Part shown: piece after piece, positions 63,166 to 64,000 of the stretch | Layout of the letters: each line of letters starts with the position of its first letter | Numbering within the stretch: the first letter of the stretch is position 1 | Assembly: GCF_006345805.1 (NCBI RefSeq) | Contig: NC_043022.1 | Coordinates: 5,704,001-5,768,000 of the forward strand | Length of the DNA stretch: 64,000 bases | Direction: 5' to 3' | DNA from: Octopus sinensis | Lineage: Eukaryota | Program-made: the position numbers and the translations under genes | The notes under the pieces: generated by a model | Told to the model about the DNA's origin: nothing | Databases searched by the model: none | The model's input: only the letters and a program-made list of their open reading frames with translations

Positions 63166-63640
63166 CGTCACAGCTCATCAACCGCCCACTGATCTTACGC
63201 TTCCTCCTGTTTTGAATCTGACACTGCCTCAATCCTACTATCTCCTTCCAGTCCCCTCCACGCCTCGTAATAATCCTAACGTTTTTTATTTCTTACGACC
63301 CTGCACCAACCCTTCCTGCCATCGTTCCTCTTACCCCCCAACCTTCCCCACCCCTACCCATTCAAAGTACCCGGATCCCAAAGTACCCCCCAATCCCGTT
63401 GCCCCCCGCCGCTGGCACGTTAAAAGCTCGAACGGATCGCGACCGATGCTGGACCCCCCCGGCCCCTGTGCAGGTGGCACGTAAAAAGCACCCACTCCAC
63501 TCACGGAGTGGTTGGCGTTAGGAAGGGCATCCAGCCGTAGAAACACTGCCAGATCAGACTGGAGCCTGGAGCGGCCCCTGGCTTCCCAGACCCCGGTCGA
63601 ACCGTCCAACCCGTGCTAGCACGGAAAACGGACGTTAAAC

Positions 63641-63679
<39 letters not shown>
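62876..63679 (+). mobile_element. Two RTE 3' UTR fragments (62876-63117, 63400-63679)
   Basis: Hairpin units, GGAAGGGCATCCAG and (GAT)n tails. Confidence 0.8.
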
Positions 63680-63680
<1 letters not shown>

Positions 63681-63940
63681 TTGTGTCTGGGGAGAGTGAT
63701 TCTCTTTTAGTTCCCTATAATATAACACACTCACCAGTAAAATTTCCACACATTTCCTTCTTTATTTTTCTAAAATTTTCATTGTGTTTTGCAAAGGTGA
63801 CAAGAGCACACTCAACAATGATAGCAGAAAGGCTGCAAGAAGCAACGAAAATCTTGGAAAAATAAAGAAGGAAATGAGTAGAAATTTTACCGGTAAATGT
63901 GTAGGGCACAAAATGAGAATGACTCTCCCCAGACACAACA
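63679..63940. repeat. Fold-back with TGTTGTGTCTGGGGAGAG ends
   Basis: Inverted arms. Single arms of the same family lie at 2771-2850, 22188-22312 and 22562-22686. Confidence 0.75.
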
Positions 63941-64000
63941 GAATATGCTTCAACACACGAACTCACATAAAGAATCTTGCAAACCAAATCCAAAAACAAA

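Overview
Eukaryotic, AT-rich, repeat-dominated intronic/intergenic DNA. It is most likely cephalopod (Octopus-like), an inference from the SINE repertoire and extreme (TA)/(CA)/(GAT) microsatellite load. There is no complete gene, rRNA, true tRNA or CRISPR array. Almost all ORFs in the supplied track are microsatellite or SINE read-throughs. Supportable content: many tRNA-derived SINEs built from interchangeable head, body and tail modules; 3' fragments of RTE, CR1 and RLE-type (R4/Dong-like) LINEs; non-autonomous Helitrons; piggyBac, mariner and Tc2-like MITEs; 28-, 32- and 16-bp minisatellites; two near-perfect tandem duplications; and a few candidate host exons (best pair 25373-25532 and 29683-29728, + strand). 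The most interesting signal is a set of at least seven minimal type I hammerhead-ribozyme-like motifs, with CUGANGA...GAAA cores and mostly palindromic stem III. They sit in short ORF-less, microsatellite-flanked elements resembling Penelope-like terminal repeats. Four long fold-back palindromes, which look like MITEs at first, are head-to-head pairs of such hammerhead-bearing repeats. All folds were derived by eye, and no cleavage or database evidence is claimed.
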